IMG/VR virus record: IMGVR_UViG_2061766007_000665
Source of the DNA: an uncultured virus (IMG/VR IMGVR_UViG_2061766007_000665)
Taxonomy: Duplodnaviria; Heunggongvirae; Uroviricota; Caudoviricetes
DNA length: 64,000 nucleotides
Strand: one strand, 5' to 3'
Made by a program: the position numbers and the translations under genes. Shown here piece by piece: positions 1 through 12,561 of this stretch. The notes under the pieces were generated by a model. The model was not told where the DNA came from, searched no databases, and saw only the letters and a list, made by a program, of their open reading frames with translations. The first letter of the stretch is position 1, and every line of letters starts with the position of its first letter.

Positions 1-216
1 ATTATAGCTAATCACGATATAGAAGGCCTTAAAAAAGTTAGGGGAATCAAAGATTATATTGCTCAACGCATAATTGAGCGGTATGAAGCAAATAAAGACC
101 TTTCGTCTATTTATATGGAATTAGAAGGGTACGGGCTAACAAGTGGACTAATTGGTAAAATGATGGCCCACTATAAAAACCCGCATAAGATTATTGAGAT
201 TGTTAAAAATGATCCG
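1..216 (+). CDS. Fragment of RecD2-like helicase HhH region, probably a mis-scaffolded piece of the gene at 1848-4239
   Basis: Frame 1 reads IIANHDIEGLKKVRGIKDYIAQRIIERY...LEGYGLTSGLIGKMMAHYKNPHKIIEIVKNDP; HhH motif and ...NDP resemble the RecD2 N-terminal region missing in gap 2205-2797. Confidence 0.65.
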
Positions 217-227
217 NNNNNNNNNNA

Positions 228-1848
228 GGCTTATCTGATAAGTTGTGTCATTATGTATGGGATGTACTTATTGCTATGAATCGTGGATATGGATTTAACA
301 CATCTCATACCTTGGGCTATTCAATCATAGCGCTACAGGAAGCTAATCTTGCATATCACTATCCCATTATTTATTGGAATTGTGCTAATTTAATTAGTGA
401 TTCTGGTGGAGCAGATAGTACCGTAAACTATGGTAAAATTGCTGCTGCTATTGGTCGTATGCGTAAAGAGGGAATTAAAATTGTTCCTCCGTACATCAAT
501 GAGGCTCGTTTTGGATTTAAGCCAGACGTAGATAATAACGAAATAGTTTATGGTCTTAAGGCCGTAGCTGGTATTGGCGCATCTGTTGCTCAGGCAATAG
601 TAAACAATCAGCCATATAAGTCTATGGCGGACTTCTATGAAAAAATGCAAAATGTAAAAACCGTAGATGACGGATTTACATTCGGTGATACTGCCATGAT
701 TCAGCTAATTAAGGCCGGAGCTTTTGATTTGATAGAGAACAAGCCTCGCGTTAAAATAATGGCCGACTTTGTGCGTAGTATTANNNNNNNNNNNNNNNNN
801 NNNNNNNNNNNNNNNNNNNNNNNNNNNNNNNNNNNNNNNNNNNNNNNNNNNNNNNNNNNNNNNNNNNNNNNNNNNNNNNNNNNNNNNNNNNNNNNNNNNN
901 NNNNNNNNNNNNNNNNNNNNNNNNNNNNNNNNNNNNNNNNNNNNNNNNNNNNNNNNNNNNNNNNNNNNNNNNNNNNNNNNNNNNNNNNNNNNNNNNNNNN
1001 NNNNNNNNNNNNNNNNNNNNNNNNNNNNNNNNNNNNNNNNNNNNNNNTAGACTTGAACCCAAATATGCGGCTCCGTATTTCGAAGAAAATTTTAAGGATT
1101 CGTTAGAAGAATTTAAGGACTACGATTATGATGATCAAGGCTTTTATATCGTTAAGCGTGGTAGCTTCGATAGGGTTTANNNNNNNNNNNNNNNNNNNNN
1201 NNNNNNNNNNNNNNNNNNNNNNNNNNNNNNNNNNNNNNTAAGCTCAAAGTTCTTAATGAGCCAAGGTATCTTAGGGCTGTTAATGAACAAAGGTTTAAAG
1301 ATCTTTGGAAAGAAAAGGCTGCTGGTACAATAGCAAAATGGGAAATGGATTCTCTTTATTACTATTATGGAGAACATGAACTTGCTCACGTAGACCCTCA
1401 TAAATACAATCTTGTAAACTTTGATGATTTGCCAACAGAGCCAGAAGTAGTAGATAATTATTATTATAAGGGTCAGGCGAAGCCAAGATACAATCTTGTC
1501 CAAATAGCAGGAACCGTTATTGACAAAGATAAAAATCATCACACAGTTACTCTTTTAACGGTTGATGGCGTAGTTGTGGTTAAACTTTACAAGGGTCAGT
1601 TTGGTTTTTATGATAGAGAAATATCGGAAGTAAAAGAAGATGGATCGAAAACCAAGATTGAAAAATCATGGTTTAAACGTGGAACAAAGCTAGTTGTTAC
1701 TGGTTTTAGAAGCGAAGAGTATTTCATTCCAAGAAAGTATAGCGATAGTATTTATAATCATACAGTAAGACTTATCAAAAGTATAGATAAAGACAATAAT
1801 TTAGTTATTCAGTCAGAACGTGCTGGAGAGGAAGGAGACACACAGTAA
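228..1848 (+). CDS. dnaE: DNA polymerase III alpha subunit, C-terminal part (interrupted by N gaps)
   Basis: YGFNTSHTLGYS, PPYINEA..F, IVYGLKAVAGIG, LIKAGAFD motifs; C-terminal OB fold (AGTVIDKDKNHHTVTLLT). Confidence 0.9.
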
Positions 1849-4239
1849 TGGCTGTTGCATCACCAAATTTAATTAAACTTAAGGCATATTATATCGGATG
1901 TTCTTATCCAAAATATCCAGATGTGTTGGGCGAGGGAGACAATACCTTCGGAATTACGTCTTGGGATATCCTTGATGTGGAAGAAGGAACCCCTCGTCTT
2001 AACAAGCGTTTTGGCTCTGAAATACTATCTGTCAAGGGAACCTTTTATGAGCCATTAAAAAATAAGGTTCCTTATACAATTATTGCTACAAACCCAGAAA
2101 CCAATCAATATGGTGTTACATATGAATTGGTATATGTAAATGAAATTGTAGACTTTAAAAGCACAAAGGGGCAAATAGCGTTTCTGTCTACTTTTTTAAC
2201 CAATNNNNNNNNNNNNNNNNNNNNNNNNNNNNNNNNNNNNNNNNNNNNNNNNNNNNNNNNNNNNNNNNNNNNNNNNNNNNNNNNNNNNNNNNNNNNNNNN
2301 NNNNNNNNNNNNNNNNNNNNNNNNNNNNNNNNNNNNNNNNNNNNNNNNNNNNNNNNNNNNNNNNNNNNNNNNNNNNNNNNNNNNNNNNNNNNNNNNNNNN
2401 NNNNNNNNNNNNNNNNNNNNNNNNNNNNNNNNNNNNNNNNNNNNNNNNNNNNNNNNNNNNNNNNNNNNNNNNNNNNNNNNNNNNNNNNNNNNNNNNNNNN
2501 NNNNNNNNNNNNNNNNNNNNNNNNNNNNNNNNNNNNNNNNNNNNNNNNNNNNNNNNNNNNNNNNNNNNNNNNNNNNNNNNNNNNNNNNNNNNNNNNNNNN
2601 NNNNNNNNNNNNNNNNNNNNNNNNNNNNNNNNNNNNNNNNNNNNNNNNNNNNNNNNNNNNNNNNNNNNNNNNNNNNNNNNNNNNNNNNNNNNNNNNNNNN
2701 NNNNNNNNNNNNNNNNNNNNNNNNNNNNNNNNNNNNNNNNNNNNNNNNNNNNNNNNNNNNNNNNNNNNNNNNNNNNNNNNNNNNNNNNNNNNNNNNGAGT
2801 AATTACAGTAGAAGATAATGACAATAAATATAATAGAAGAGTTTATCTTAATTCTGTGTATAGACTTGAAAAATCAATCGCATATCATTTGAATCGTTTA
2901 CTTCATGCCCCAAATAAATTTGCTTATTCAGACTGGAAAGAAAGAATTAAGGAACAAGAATATAGACAAAACTTTAGTTTTGATGATGACCAATTAGCAG
3001 GAATTAAGCTTGGTCTTGATAATCAAGTCTGTCTAATTAATGGTGGAGCTGGTGTCGGCAAAAGTTCTTTAGTTGGCGGAATATTGGCTGCGCTTGGTAG
3101 TTATAGCTTTGCTCAATGCGCTTTATCTGGCAAAGCGGCTTCTAGATTACAGGAAGTAACTAAAAGAGACGGCATGACAATTCATCGTTTGCTTGGGTAT
3201 TCTCCGTCTACTAACAAATTCGCATTCAATGAATCTACCCCTCTTGGATATGATATTATTATCCTTGATGAAGTTTCACTTGTTGGAGGAGAGGTTTTTC
3301 TTGATTTATTAAAGGCCATTCCTACCGGATCAAAATTATTAATGCTTGGAGATAGTGGCCAGCTTCCGTCTATCGGTTTATTAAACTTAACTACCGATAT
3401 GATTGAATCTGGGGTTATTCCTTCGGTGCAGCTTACAAAGATTCATCGTCAAGCAGCTGAGTCTGGGATTATTACTGATAGCGCTCGGATTAGAAATCAA
3501 AATCAGTTGTTTGCACCCCATTTTACTGGCGTGGAAATTCACGGACATAAGCAGGATATGACCATTGATATTAGTGCCAAGTCTGACGATACAGCTGAAC
3601 GCGTTCTTAATTGGTTTGATGGCTATTTTAATGGTCAACAGATAAAAGGGGACATAAATAAAATTCAGATTTTAAGTCCCGTAAAAGACAGGGGAAATGC
3701 CTCAGTTTACGCCCTAAATTGTGAAATTCAGGGTCGACTTTCCCAAAATCTTGGCCCGCTTGTTGTAAAAACACCCTCAAATAGGGAAAAAAGAGGGGGG
3801 TACGATTTACACGTCGGAGATAAAGTCAAATGTACCAAGAATTTGTATCGGCAGTGTTGTAATGATGATGAAGAAATCATCCCTGTATATAATGGATGGN
3901 NNNNNNNNNNNNNNNNNNNNNNNAAATATTATCGGCGTTAAATTCGATGCGTGGGAAGATATTGTCTATATGCCAGTTGTCGTAGCAAAGGTAAGCCTAA
4001 TTCTTGGATACGCGGCTACAGTCCATTCTTCACAGGGAAGCGACTGGCCTGTAGTAATTGGGGCTATAGACACGTCTGTCCCTCCGTCTATGTTAAATAG
4101 CGCATTGGTTTATACAATGGTTACTCGTGCGAAGCATTTGTGTGTTCTTGTTGGACAAAACGGTGCTATCAGTAGAGCAATATCCGTTAATGCTACAAAT
4201 AATAAGAATACGTTTTTAAAGGAGCTGCTTAAAGGTTGA
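1848..4239 (+). CDS. recD: RecD2/TraA-like SF1B helicase (ORFs 1848-3941 and 3862-4239 joined across gap)
   Basis: Walker A GGAGVGKS, TIHRLLG, ILDEVS, GDSGQLPSIG, HRQA, YAATVHSSQGS, YTMVTRAK. Confidence 0.9.
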
Positions 4240-4240
4240 T

Positions 4241-4732
4241 ATGAATAGAGAAGAGAGACGTAGAAAGCAAAAAGAATTAAGAAAACATGGATTTAGCAAG
4301 AACGCTGCAAAAGCTCAGGTGGCAGCGTATTTTGCTTATCAACCGCTAGATGATGGCGCAATGGTCCGCCTTAATTATGAATTAATGATAAGACATAAAG
4401 ATTGGCGTAAACAAAGCGATGAGTTTAAAAAGTGGGTTGAAGACCACAAAAATGATTTGTTTCATGTTGAATATGATGAGAAAAAGAAAGAAAACAATGC
4501 ATACGATATGAAATTTCAGGTTCATTTGAAAGAAGACACCACCGATCCAAAATGGCTTTTTAACTCAGAAACCTTAATACCGATTGCAACTGCAAAAGTT
4601 AAGCTCGAATCCGGTGAAGAAGCAATTGTGCCATTTGAAGATTTTAAAGGGTCTGATCCAAACGAATTAATTAATTCAAGTTCATTTAACGAAAAAATTA
4701 ATTCGGCTGTAAACAAAATTTCGGGAACGTAA
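4241..4732 (+). CDS. Hypothetical phage protein
   Basis: 163-aa ORF packed in operon, MNREERR start. Confidence 0.7.
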   Translation: MNREERRRKQKELRKHGFSKNAAKAQVAAYFAYQPLDDGAMVRLNYELMIRHKDWRKQSDEFKKWVEDHKNDLFHVEYDEKKKENNAYDMKFQVHLKEDTTDPKWLFNSETLIPIATAKVKLESGEEAIVPFEDFKGSDPNELINSSSFNEKINSAVNKISGT

Positions 4733-4733
4733 A

Positions 4734-5366
4734 ATGACTAAAGAAGAAGCATTAAGAGCAAAATTAAAGACATATAATAAGGGTGTATTTTTCGACACAG
4801 AAACCACAGATATAAACAAAAACTATATTATTACATTGTCATACCGCGTGTATGAACGCGGCAAAGAACCAATAGTAGGAGAAATAAGATGCAATCCTCA
4901 TTATCCTATTAACCCAAATGCATCAAAAGTCAATGGCTTCACTGACGAAATAGTGCAAGACTACGAAGATTTTGACATTCAATGGGCACAAATTGAGCCT
5001 TATTTTAGGGATGCTATATGGTTTGGTCACAACGTATCATTTGATATTAAAGCGTTGATGTTAGAATTCAAACGCTATAATATAAAAGTTCCACATCATT
5101 ATGTTGTGGATACACTTACAGCGGCTCGTACTATGCTAAAGAAAAATGTAGATATTGATAATCATAAGCTGATTACGCTTTGCAATTTCTTTAATTTGGA
5201 AATTGACGAAGATAAATTTCATGGATCGGCCTATGATATTGAGATGACAGAAATGGTATATCGTGAGCTGAGGAAATTAAATCACAATAGGGGCAATAGA
5301 TATAATTATCTATTTATCCCTAAAGAAGTAGAGGGTGACTATGGAGACATAGCCTTGTCAGAGTAA
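4734..5366 (+). CDS. DEDDh 3'-5' exonuclease (Pol III epsilon-like)
   Basis: FFDTETT, GHNVSFD, VDTL, HGSAYD motifs. Confidence 0.9.
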   Translation: MTKEEALRAKLKTYNKGVFFDTETTDINKNYIITLSYRVYERGKEPIVGEIRCNPHYPINPNASKVNGFTDEIVQDYEDFDIQWAQIEPYFRDAIWFGHNVSFDIKALMLEFKRYNIKVPHHYVVDTLTAARTMLKKNVDIDNHKLITLCNFFNLEIDEDKFHGSAYDIEMTEMVYRELRKLNHNRGNRYNYLFIPKEVEGDYGDIALSE

Positions 5367-5382
5367 AAGAGGAGGAAAATAT

Positions 5383-5753
5383 ATGGNNNNNNNNNNNNNN
5401 NNNNNNNNNNNNNNNNNNNNNNNNNNNNNNNNNNNNNNNNNNNNNNNNNNNNNNNNNNNNNNNNNNNNNNNNNNNNNNNNNNNNNNNNNNNNNNNNNNNN
5501 NNNNNNNNNNAAAATTTTAGCTAGTGCTTTAAAGATTCTTGCGTTTGGTGCTGGAACTTGTTTACTAACTTTGGCTATTTCAGCCATAGTGCCTTGGGCT
5601 ATTAGTAATGGTTTAACCATTCCTGAAGAATATTCTACCGTTATCCAAACTGTTGCAATACTTGGTATTTGCCTAACCGGTACGATTAAATACATAATTG
5701 AAGCATTTACAAAGATGAAGAATATCTTAAATTCAAAGGGAGCTGAACAATAA
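5383..5753 (+). CDS. Small membrane protein (holin-like, unconfirmed)
   Basis: GAGGAGG RBS then ATG at 5383, N gap, two hydrophobic segments. Confidence 0.45.
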
Positions 5754-5755
5754 TA

Positions 5756-5959
5756 ATGATCAGACTTTATTCTACTAATTGTCCTCGCTGCATGGTGCTT
5801 GAGAAGAAGCTTCAAAATAAGAATATTGCGTTTGAAAAAGTCACCGACTTTGATGAACAAAAACTTATTGATGATGGATTTGATTCTGCTCCGGTACTTG
5901 AAGTAGATGGAGAAAAAAAGGATTATAAAGCAGCTATTGTGTGGATTAATGAAAGGTAA
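5756..5959 (+). CDS. Glutaredoxin/NrdH-like redoxin
   Basis: LYSTNCPRC and SAPVLEVDG motifs, 67 aa. Confidence 0.85.
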   Translation: MIRLYSTNCPRCMVLEKKLQNKNIAFEKVTDFDEQKLIDDGFDSAPVLEVDGEKKDYKAAIVWINER

Positions 5960-5961
5960 AT

Positions 5962-7909
5962 ATGAATATTGAGTTGAAGTTAAGCTCGGATTTTGAGCGT
6001 CAATTAGAGTATTTGAAAAACAAGTATGGCTCTGATTTTGAATATATTAACGGAGTTCATCCTNNNNNNNNNNNNNNNNNNNNNNNNNNNNNNNNNNNNA
6101 TTTGTTGGCCAGGATACTTTAGCAGATACCACAATTGACCCAAATGCTAATGCTAACCATAGAGATGTACGCAGTTTTATGACTGAAAAGGGGAAGAGCG
6201 AAGATAAGCTTTTTGGCCTTAATAAGATCTTTATGGAAATTAAAAAACAGTGGGGTTTGAGAACCGCAAAGGCATGGCTTGAACAAGAGTTTAGTAAAGG
6301 GTTTTATCTTAATGATAGCGCCACAGCTAGCTACTTTCCTTACTGTTGGGCGAACGATCTTACTAGACTGTCTACTGAGGGATTGTTCTTTTTAAATGGA
6401 TATAATAATCAGCCGCCTAAACATCTAACCACCTTTTTTGATGATGTTATAGAGTTTGTTTCGTTCTTGGGAAACAGACAATCTGGCGCAGTTGGTTTAC
6501 CGAATGTGATTATTTGGGCATATTATTTTTGGAAAAAAGATGTTGAAAACGGCTATTATTTAAAAGATCCCAATACATATCTGCGTCAAAATTTCCAGAA
6601 ATTTATTTATCGTTTAAACCAACCGTTTATGAGAATTGACCAAACCGCTTTTACTAATGTAAGCATTTTTGATAGACCATATCTTGAGGCTTTGTTTGGC
6701 GGTATGGAATTTCCTGATGGTAGTTTTGCAATTGATGAAATTGAAGAGCTTATTGAGTGTCAAAAGGTTTTCATGGAAGTTGTTAGCGACATTCGTACAG
6801 AAAACATGTTCACTTTCCCGGTTTTAACTTTTAGCCTTTTATATAAAGACAACAAATTTCAGGATGAAGATTTTGCAAAATGGGCATGTACACATAATAT
6901 GAAGTGGTCCGATTCCAACTTTTTTGTTAGCGATAATGTTGGTGTTTTATCTAATTGCTGTAGGCTTCTTTCTGACACACAGAAACTTGATGCATTTATT
7001 AATTCTATTGGTGGAACAGCGTTATCTGTAGGATCTTGCAGAGTTAGTACAATCAACCTTGTAAGAATTGCATATGAGGCGATGGACGCTGTAAAAGATA
7101 AAATAAAAGCTAAAGATAGATATCTTAAGATTTTACGCGAAAGAACAGAACTTGACTGCAAAGCGCTTTATTCAATGCGTCATATTCTTAAGAGAAATAT
7201 TGAGAAAGGCCTGCTTCCCAACTATCAAAATGGTGCTGTTGAATTAGATAAACAGTTCTGTACAATTGGTGGAATTGGCATGTATGAAGTAATGGACATG
7301 TTCGGTCTCATTAATACGGACGAATTTGGATATAAGTCTTATTCTGATGAAGCAGTAGAATTTACTTCTCAAATTTTGGCCGTAATGAATGAAGTTAAAG
7401 ATACATTTGATTGTGATTTTACTTTTAACATTGAAATGATTCCAGCAGAAAATTGTGCGGGAGTTATTTGTCAGGCCGACAATCTTCTTTATGAACGTGA
7501 CAAATATTTCATTTATTCTAATCAATGGATCCCGCTTACAGAACAGTGCACAATTCAAGAAAAGTGTAGACTCGGTTCTCTCTTTGATAAACAGTGCGGT
7601 GGTGGATGCATTGCCCATATTAATATTGAAAATAGATTTGCTACAAAAGAAGAGGCCTGGGATATGCTTAATTATGTAGCATCCCACGGAGTTATCTATT
7701 TTGCCTTTACTACAAAAATTTCTGTTTGTGAAGATAAACATGCATTTATTGGTACTCAAACATGCCCTAGATGTGGCAAACCGGTTGCCGATAAATATGC
7801 TCGTGTAGTTGGCTTCTATACTCCGGTATCTAGCTATCAGAAGATACGTAAGAAGGAGTTTCAACTTAGACGTTGGTATAATGTCTTAGATAAAGACGGA
7901 GTGTTTTAA
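5962..7909 (+). CDS. nrdD: Anaerobic (class III) ribonucleoside-triphosphate reductase; likely true start ATG 5962, frame offset by gap
   Basis: PYC, QSGAVG, FTFPV, SNCCRL, MIPAEN, Zn site (C..H...CPRC), glycyl-radical loop RVVGFY. Confidence 0.93.
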
Positions 7910-8400
7910 TGAATAATATCAAGCTTAAAGGCGTGGTTTTAGAAGATTTCGTTAATTATAAATATCCGTGCATGTTTTTAATTACCTGCTTTTGTGATTG
8001 GAAATGCTGTTTAGAAACAGATATGCCGGTTTCTGTTTGTCAGAATTCATCATTAGCTATATCTCCAATTAAAGAATATAGCTTTCAGAGTTTATTAGAT
8101 GTATATAAATCTAATGATATAACTAAGGCAATCTGTTTTGGCGGATTGGAGCCTATTATGCAAATAGACGAAATAATATCTATGATCGAGTTTTTTAGAA
8201 CCAATGGCATTGATGACACATTCATTATATATACTGGGTATAACAAGTCTGAAATAGTTGAAATTGTTGAAAGATTAAAGAGGTATAATAACATTATAAT
8301 TAAATATGGTCGTTATGTTCCCAACGATAAAGAACACTTAGATAGTGTTATTGGCGTTATGCTTGCTTCTTCTAATCAATATGCAGAAAGAATAAGTTGA
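7909..8400 (+). CDS. nrdG: Anaerobic RNR activating radical-SAM enzyme
   Basis: CDWKCC...CQN cysteine motif, GGLEP, YTGY, LASSNQYA; adjacent to nrdD. Confidence 0.88.
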   Translation: MNNIKLKGVVLEDFVNYKYPCMFLITCFCDWKCCLETDMPVSVCQNSSLAISPIKEYSFQSLLDVYKSNDITKAICFGGLEPIMQIDEIISMIEFFRTNGIDDTFIIYTGYNKSEIVEIVERLKRYNNIIIKYGRYVPNDKEHLDSVIGVMLASSNQYAERIS

Positions 8401-8605
8401 TGTTAAAAATTATTGATAATAGAGATATAGATCTGTTAGATATAGCTAAACAGCAATTAAAAGAACAAAAAGAAAAATATGGTAAGGCATATTGTCCGTG
8501 TTCTTTTACTAGGAATCAGGATTGGGTTTGCCCTTGTAAGAAGTTTAGGGAACAAGACTATCCCGGAGAATGCAATTGCGGTCGTTACGAGAAAATAGAG
8601 GCTGG
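8400..8605 (+). CDS. Ferredoxin:thioredoxin reductase catalytic-subunit-like protein (3' end in gap)
   Basis: YGKAYCPC...WVCPCK...GECNCGRY = CPC/CPC/CxC FTR signature. Confidence 0.78.
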
Positions 8606-9170
8606 NNNNNNNNNNNNNNNNNNNNNNNNNNNNNNNNNNNAAAATAAGATAACTGTCTATTCTGCCGATGGCAGCACAATTATTAAAACATACGAAGGTG
8701 GAATTCACACTTTTTTTGGAGATTATGAAAAAGAAGGGTGCGTCCATTTTGTTGATGAAAATGGCAAGCATCACAGGATTTATGGGTTTAATGTTTTTAT
8801 ANNNNNNNNNNNNNNNNNNNNNNNNNNNNNNNNNNNNNNNNNNNNNNNNNNNNNNNNNNAATGAATTTCTTAAGAGTACATAACCGGTGGCCTTTTACTT
8901 TACAGTATGGGTACATTGATGGGGAAGAAAGTATAATGGATCAAATTTTAATTGATTATGGCATCCCCGCAAAGTTTGTTTCTGATTTTCACAAAGAAGA
9001 TTCAGAATTTGAATTTAGCTTTATTAAAGTTAATTATCATTACGGAGATGTGCTTGAAAAGAAGGTTTTCCCCGAACTTGATTTAAAAATGGAAGAAAAA
9101 TACGGGGAAAAATATATAANNNNNNNNNNNNNNNNNNNNNNNNNNNNNNNNNNNNNNNNNNNNNNNNNNN

Positions 9171-9196
9171 ACTTTAGCTTTTTGTTGTGTTATAAT
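9171..9196 (+). promoter_or_regulatory. Sigma-A-type promoter, TTGACTTTAGC class (-35 partly in gap)
   Basis: (ttg)ACTTTAGCTT, 17-bp spacer, TGT-TATAAT. Confidence 0.7.
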
Positions 9197-9252
9197 GTAA
9201 TAGAAATTGGGGTTGGACTTAATTATCCAATCCCAATTTCGGGGAGAATTAC

Positions 9253-9866
9253 ATGATCGATATAAAAACGTACTTGGAATTAAAAAACAAGCATACAGAT
9301 TTCTATATAAAAAAAGATCGTACTGGGGATGAGTTAGAGAGCTATAATAAGATTATAGACTATAACAAATCGCTCATTAAGCGATATCCGTTTTTACTTC
9401 CAAGAAACATTTGGAACGGATATNNNNNNNNNNATTTACCCTTGCAGACGAAATCCCTGATGGATGGCGCATAGCATTTGGAGATCAAATGCTAGAAGAA
9501 ATTAGAGATGAATGTATAAAATGCAATTATTTAGACCAATATACAATCATCGAAATTAAAGAAAAATTTGGTGCGCTACGTTTGTATACCGGACCCGTTC
9601 CAAGCAATAGTAGATTATCAGAAATAGCTTATAAATATGAAGCTATGTCGGAAAAAATTTGTATAGAATGTGGTGAACCGGCTAAATATATATCCACCGG
9701 GTGGATATCTCCATATTGTAAAAATTGCGCTCAAAAAATTGCAAATGAACATAACCAAGAAAAACAGGAGCGGGCAAAAAGCCAGCATGTAATTTGTGAA
9801 GATGAGCCATTTGAAAAATATTTTGTAACTTTAAAGGAGTTTGAAGATGAAAAAGAGTTGGATTGA
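9253..9866 (+). CDS. Conserved phage hypothetical protein (ORFs joined across gap)
   Basis: IPDGWRIAFG, IKEKFGALRLY, CIECG..CKNC. Confidence 0.65.
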
Positions 9867-10383
9867 TGATTATGTTTCCATTAATGAAGACGCTCAATTT
9901 GGAGGTGCGTTTAAGGTTCGTAGCATCGGACTTGGTATTGTTACCGATAGTGATTCTCTGTATATTACACAGGTAGAATATCGTCAGCCTGTGACAATAG
10001 TTTTTTGGTCTGACGGAACCAAGACCTTGGCCAGATGCTCAGAGAACGACATATATTCTGCTGAAGCCGGGCTAATGGTGTGTGTAATGAAAAAGGTGTT
10101 TAATAGCAATTTTACAAAAAAGATGCTTAATGATTGGCTTCCTTCTGATGGAAAACATAAAGTAGATTTGAAATCAATCCGGGCTAAGAAAAAGGCAGAA
10201 CAGCATGAATAAATATATGGTATTGACTGGTTCTGGAGCCCACCTCTTTTACGCAGCAAAAGATTTTGATACGGTTTTAAGCCATGTCAAACAAATGGGA
10301 TATACTGTTGAATCCATTCTCTGTGAAGGAGCATATAGCCATAATAAATATAATGAATTAAAAGACTATACGGTGATAAACGA

Positions 10384-11202
10384 ATGAAAAAGTATTTTGT
10401 CGTCAGTGACGTTCATGGTTTTTACAACGAACTTCAAACAGCATTAGTCAGTAAGGGCTGGGATATTAATAATCCGGATCATGTTTTTGTATCTCTTGGT
10501 GATCTTCTTGATCGTGGCCCGGATGCTGTAAAGTGCCTCGAATTTGTAAACAGTCTTCCCGATGAAAGAAAAATTTTAATTCTTGGAAACCATGAAGACC
10601 TTATGATAGAGGCACAAAATCGCAAAGAGTTTCGGAGCCACGATATTCATAATGGAACAAATGAAACCTGTTATCAGATTTTTTCGTCAATTTATGGCGA
10701 CCAGGATTATATGATGAGCGCCACTGACGATGAAGTGCTTAGGATTGTTCAACATAGTGATATATGGACCAAATATTACAACTCATGCGTTAATTACGCA
10801 GAGGTGGGAAATAATATTTTTGTACACGGATGGATTCCTGTTGCATATAAGTCAGATGAATACGGTATCATAGAGAATGTTAAAAACCCCAAATGGAGAA
10901 ATGCGTCTGAAGCATTGTGGCGTAAGGCTCGCTGGTTTAATGGTATGGAAATGTGGGCCTGCGGCATTAGAGAAAAGGGGCACACTATTTGGTGCGGTCA
11001 TTGGCATGCGTCTTGGGGACATGCAAATCTTCATCATGATGGGGTTGAATTTTTAAAGCCGATCGAAACTTATTATCTTGATGAATATGGAGTTAAGCAC
11101 CCGTATGCTAAGTTTACTCCTTTTGAAGATGCTGGTATTAAATGTATAGATGCATGTACTGCCTATAGTGGGTTTGTCAATTGTGAGGTTATAGAAGAAT
11201 GA
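10384..11202 (+). CDS. Calcineurin-like metallophosphoesterase (Ser/Thr phosphatase-like)
   Basis: SDVHG, GDLLDRG, GNHE, VHG, GHWH. Confidence 0.9.
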   Translation: MKKYFVVSDVHGFYNELQTALVSKGWDINNPDHVFVSLGDLLDRGPDAVKCLEFVNSLPDERKILILGNHEDLMIEAQNRKEFRSHDIHNGTNETCYQIFSSIYGDQDYMMSATDDEVLRIVQHSDIWTKYYNSCVNYAEVGNNIFVHGWIPVAYKSDEYGIIENVKNPKWRNASEALWRKARWFNGMEMWACGIREKGHTIWCGHWHASWGHANLHHDGVEFLKPIETYYLDEYGVKHPYAKFTPFEDAGIKCIDACTAYSGFVNCEVIEE

Positions 11203-11475
11203 AAGACGATAAAGACTTTGGCTTGATCGTTAATTCTGCGGTTAGATATGCTTGCGGACGCCGTACTTATATAGTCGGCGTCGTTTGCAATTATGTAAAA
11301 CGTCATATAGATGATTTGAGCGAACATGATTTAGAAAACATTATTTTATCTATTGAGTCAAAACGAGACGCAGAATATATTGAAGAGCCTCTTGGAGATC
11401 CATGTGATGCTGAAAAATGGATCACGTTGCTAGATTTTCTTAAAAAAGAATTAGAAAAATATAATTAATTTTTAA

Positions 11476-11510
11476 AAACGCTTGACTTTAGCTTTTCTTT
11501 ATGTTATACT
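11476..11510 (+). promoter_or_regulatory. Sigma-A-type promoter, TTGACTTTAGC class
   Basis: TTGACT 11482, 17-bp spacer, TGT-TATACT 11505. Confidence 0.85.
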
Positions 11511-11535
11511 AACAACATAAGTGAGGTAATTATTT

Positions 11536-12550
11536 ATGGCAAAATTGTATATGCTTATTGGACTTCCGGGTTCGGGTAAAACAAGCTGGGCGAATGATCA
11601 TGCTGATGCGTATAATGCAAAGGTCATGTCTTCTGATGCATTTAGACGCCTTGTTTGTGGCAGTGAAGAAGACCAAACCCGCAATAATGAGGNNNNNNNN
11701 NNNNNNNNNNNNNNGCGTAGCAACGCTTTTGGAGAATGGTAGAGATGTTATTTATGATGCCACAAATCTAACCAGAAAAAATCGTGAGCGGACTATGAAG
11801 TATATCAATTATAAAGTAAAAAACGTTGAATATACTGCGCTTATCTTTACTACTCCAATTGAAATTTGTAAGGTAAATAATCAAAAACGCACACGTCAAG
11901 TCCCGGGAAAGGTTTACGATCGTATGCTTAGGCAATTTGAAATGCCTTTATATAGCGAAGGATTTGAGCATATACACACTATTGACATATTTACCAGTCT
12001 TTTGAATCCGTATTCATATATAGCTAAAGCATATGATTTTAGTCAGGATCATCCGCGCCATGCAGAAGATTTGTATACGCATTCTATACTTGCGTTATCG
12101 TCTATGACAGAAAATGAACAAGAAATTTATCCGAATCTTTTATGCGCAGCTTTTCTTCATGATATTGGTAAATTATACACTAAGACAATAGACAAAGATG
12201 GGGTTGCTCATTATATCGGGCATGAAAATTATGGGGCATATTTGGCTTTATCTATTGATTATAAGACGGTAAAGAAAATGATATCTTCTATGCTTGAAGA
12301 TGAGGGTGATGTTAGCACATTAAATTCATCAGATATTAATCCGATTGAGGTTGCTACAATTATTAATTGTCATATGATGCCTATCAATTTACAGCAGGGA
12401 TCTATGGAAACCTGTAACAAGAAAAGCGTCCTATTGCAAAATCATTATATGCAGCATAAACGTATTAATGGAGATACTGAGAGATTGTGGGATTCTGTCA
12501 TGACGCTTCATAGATGTGACCTGATGGCATCTCGTCCGGTGAGTAAATAA
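11536..12550 (+). CDS. Polynucleotide kinase (AAA_33) fused to HD phosphohydrolase (ORFs joined across gap)
   Basis: GLPGSGKT, SSD..R, YDATNL..KNR, H..DLYTH, LHDIGK, GHENYGA. Confidence 0.85.
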
Positions 12551-12561
12551 AGGAGAAAGTA

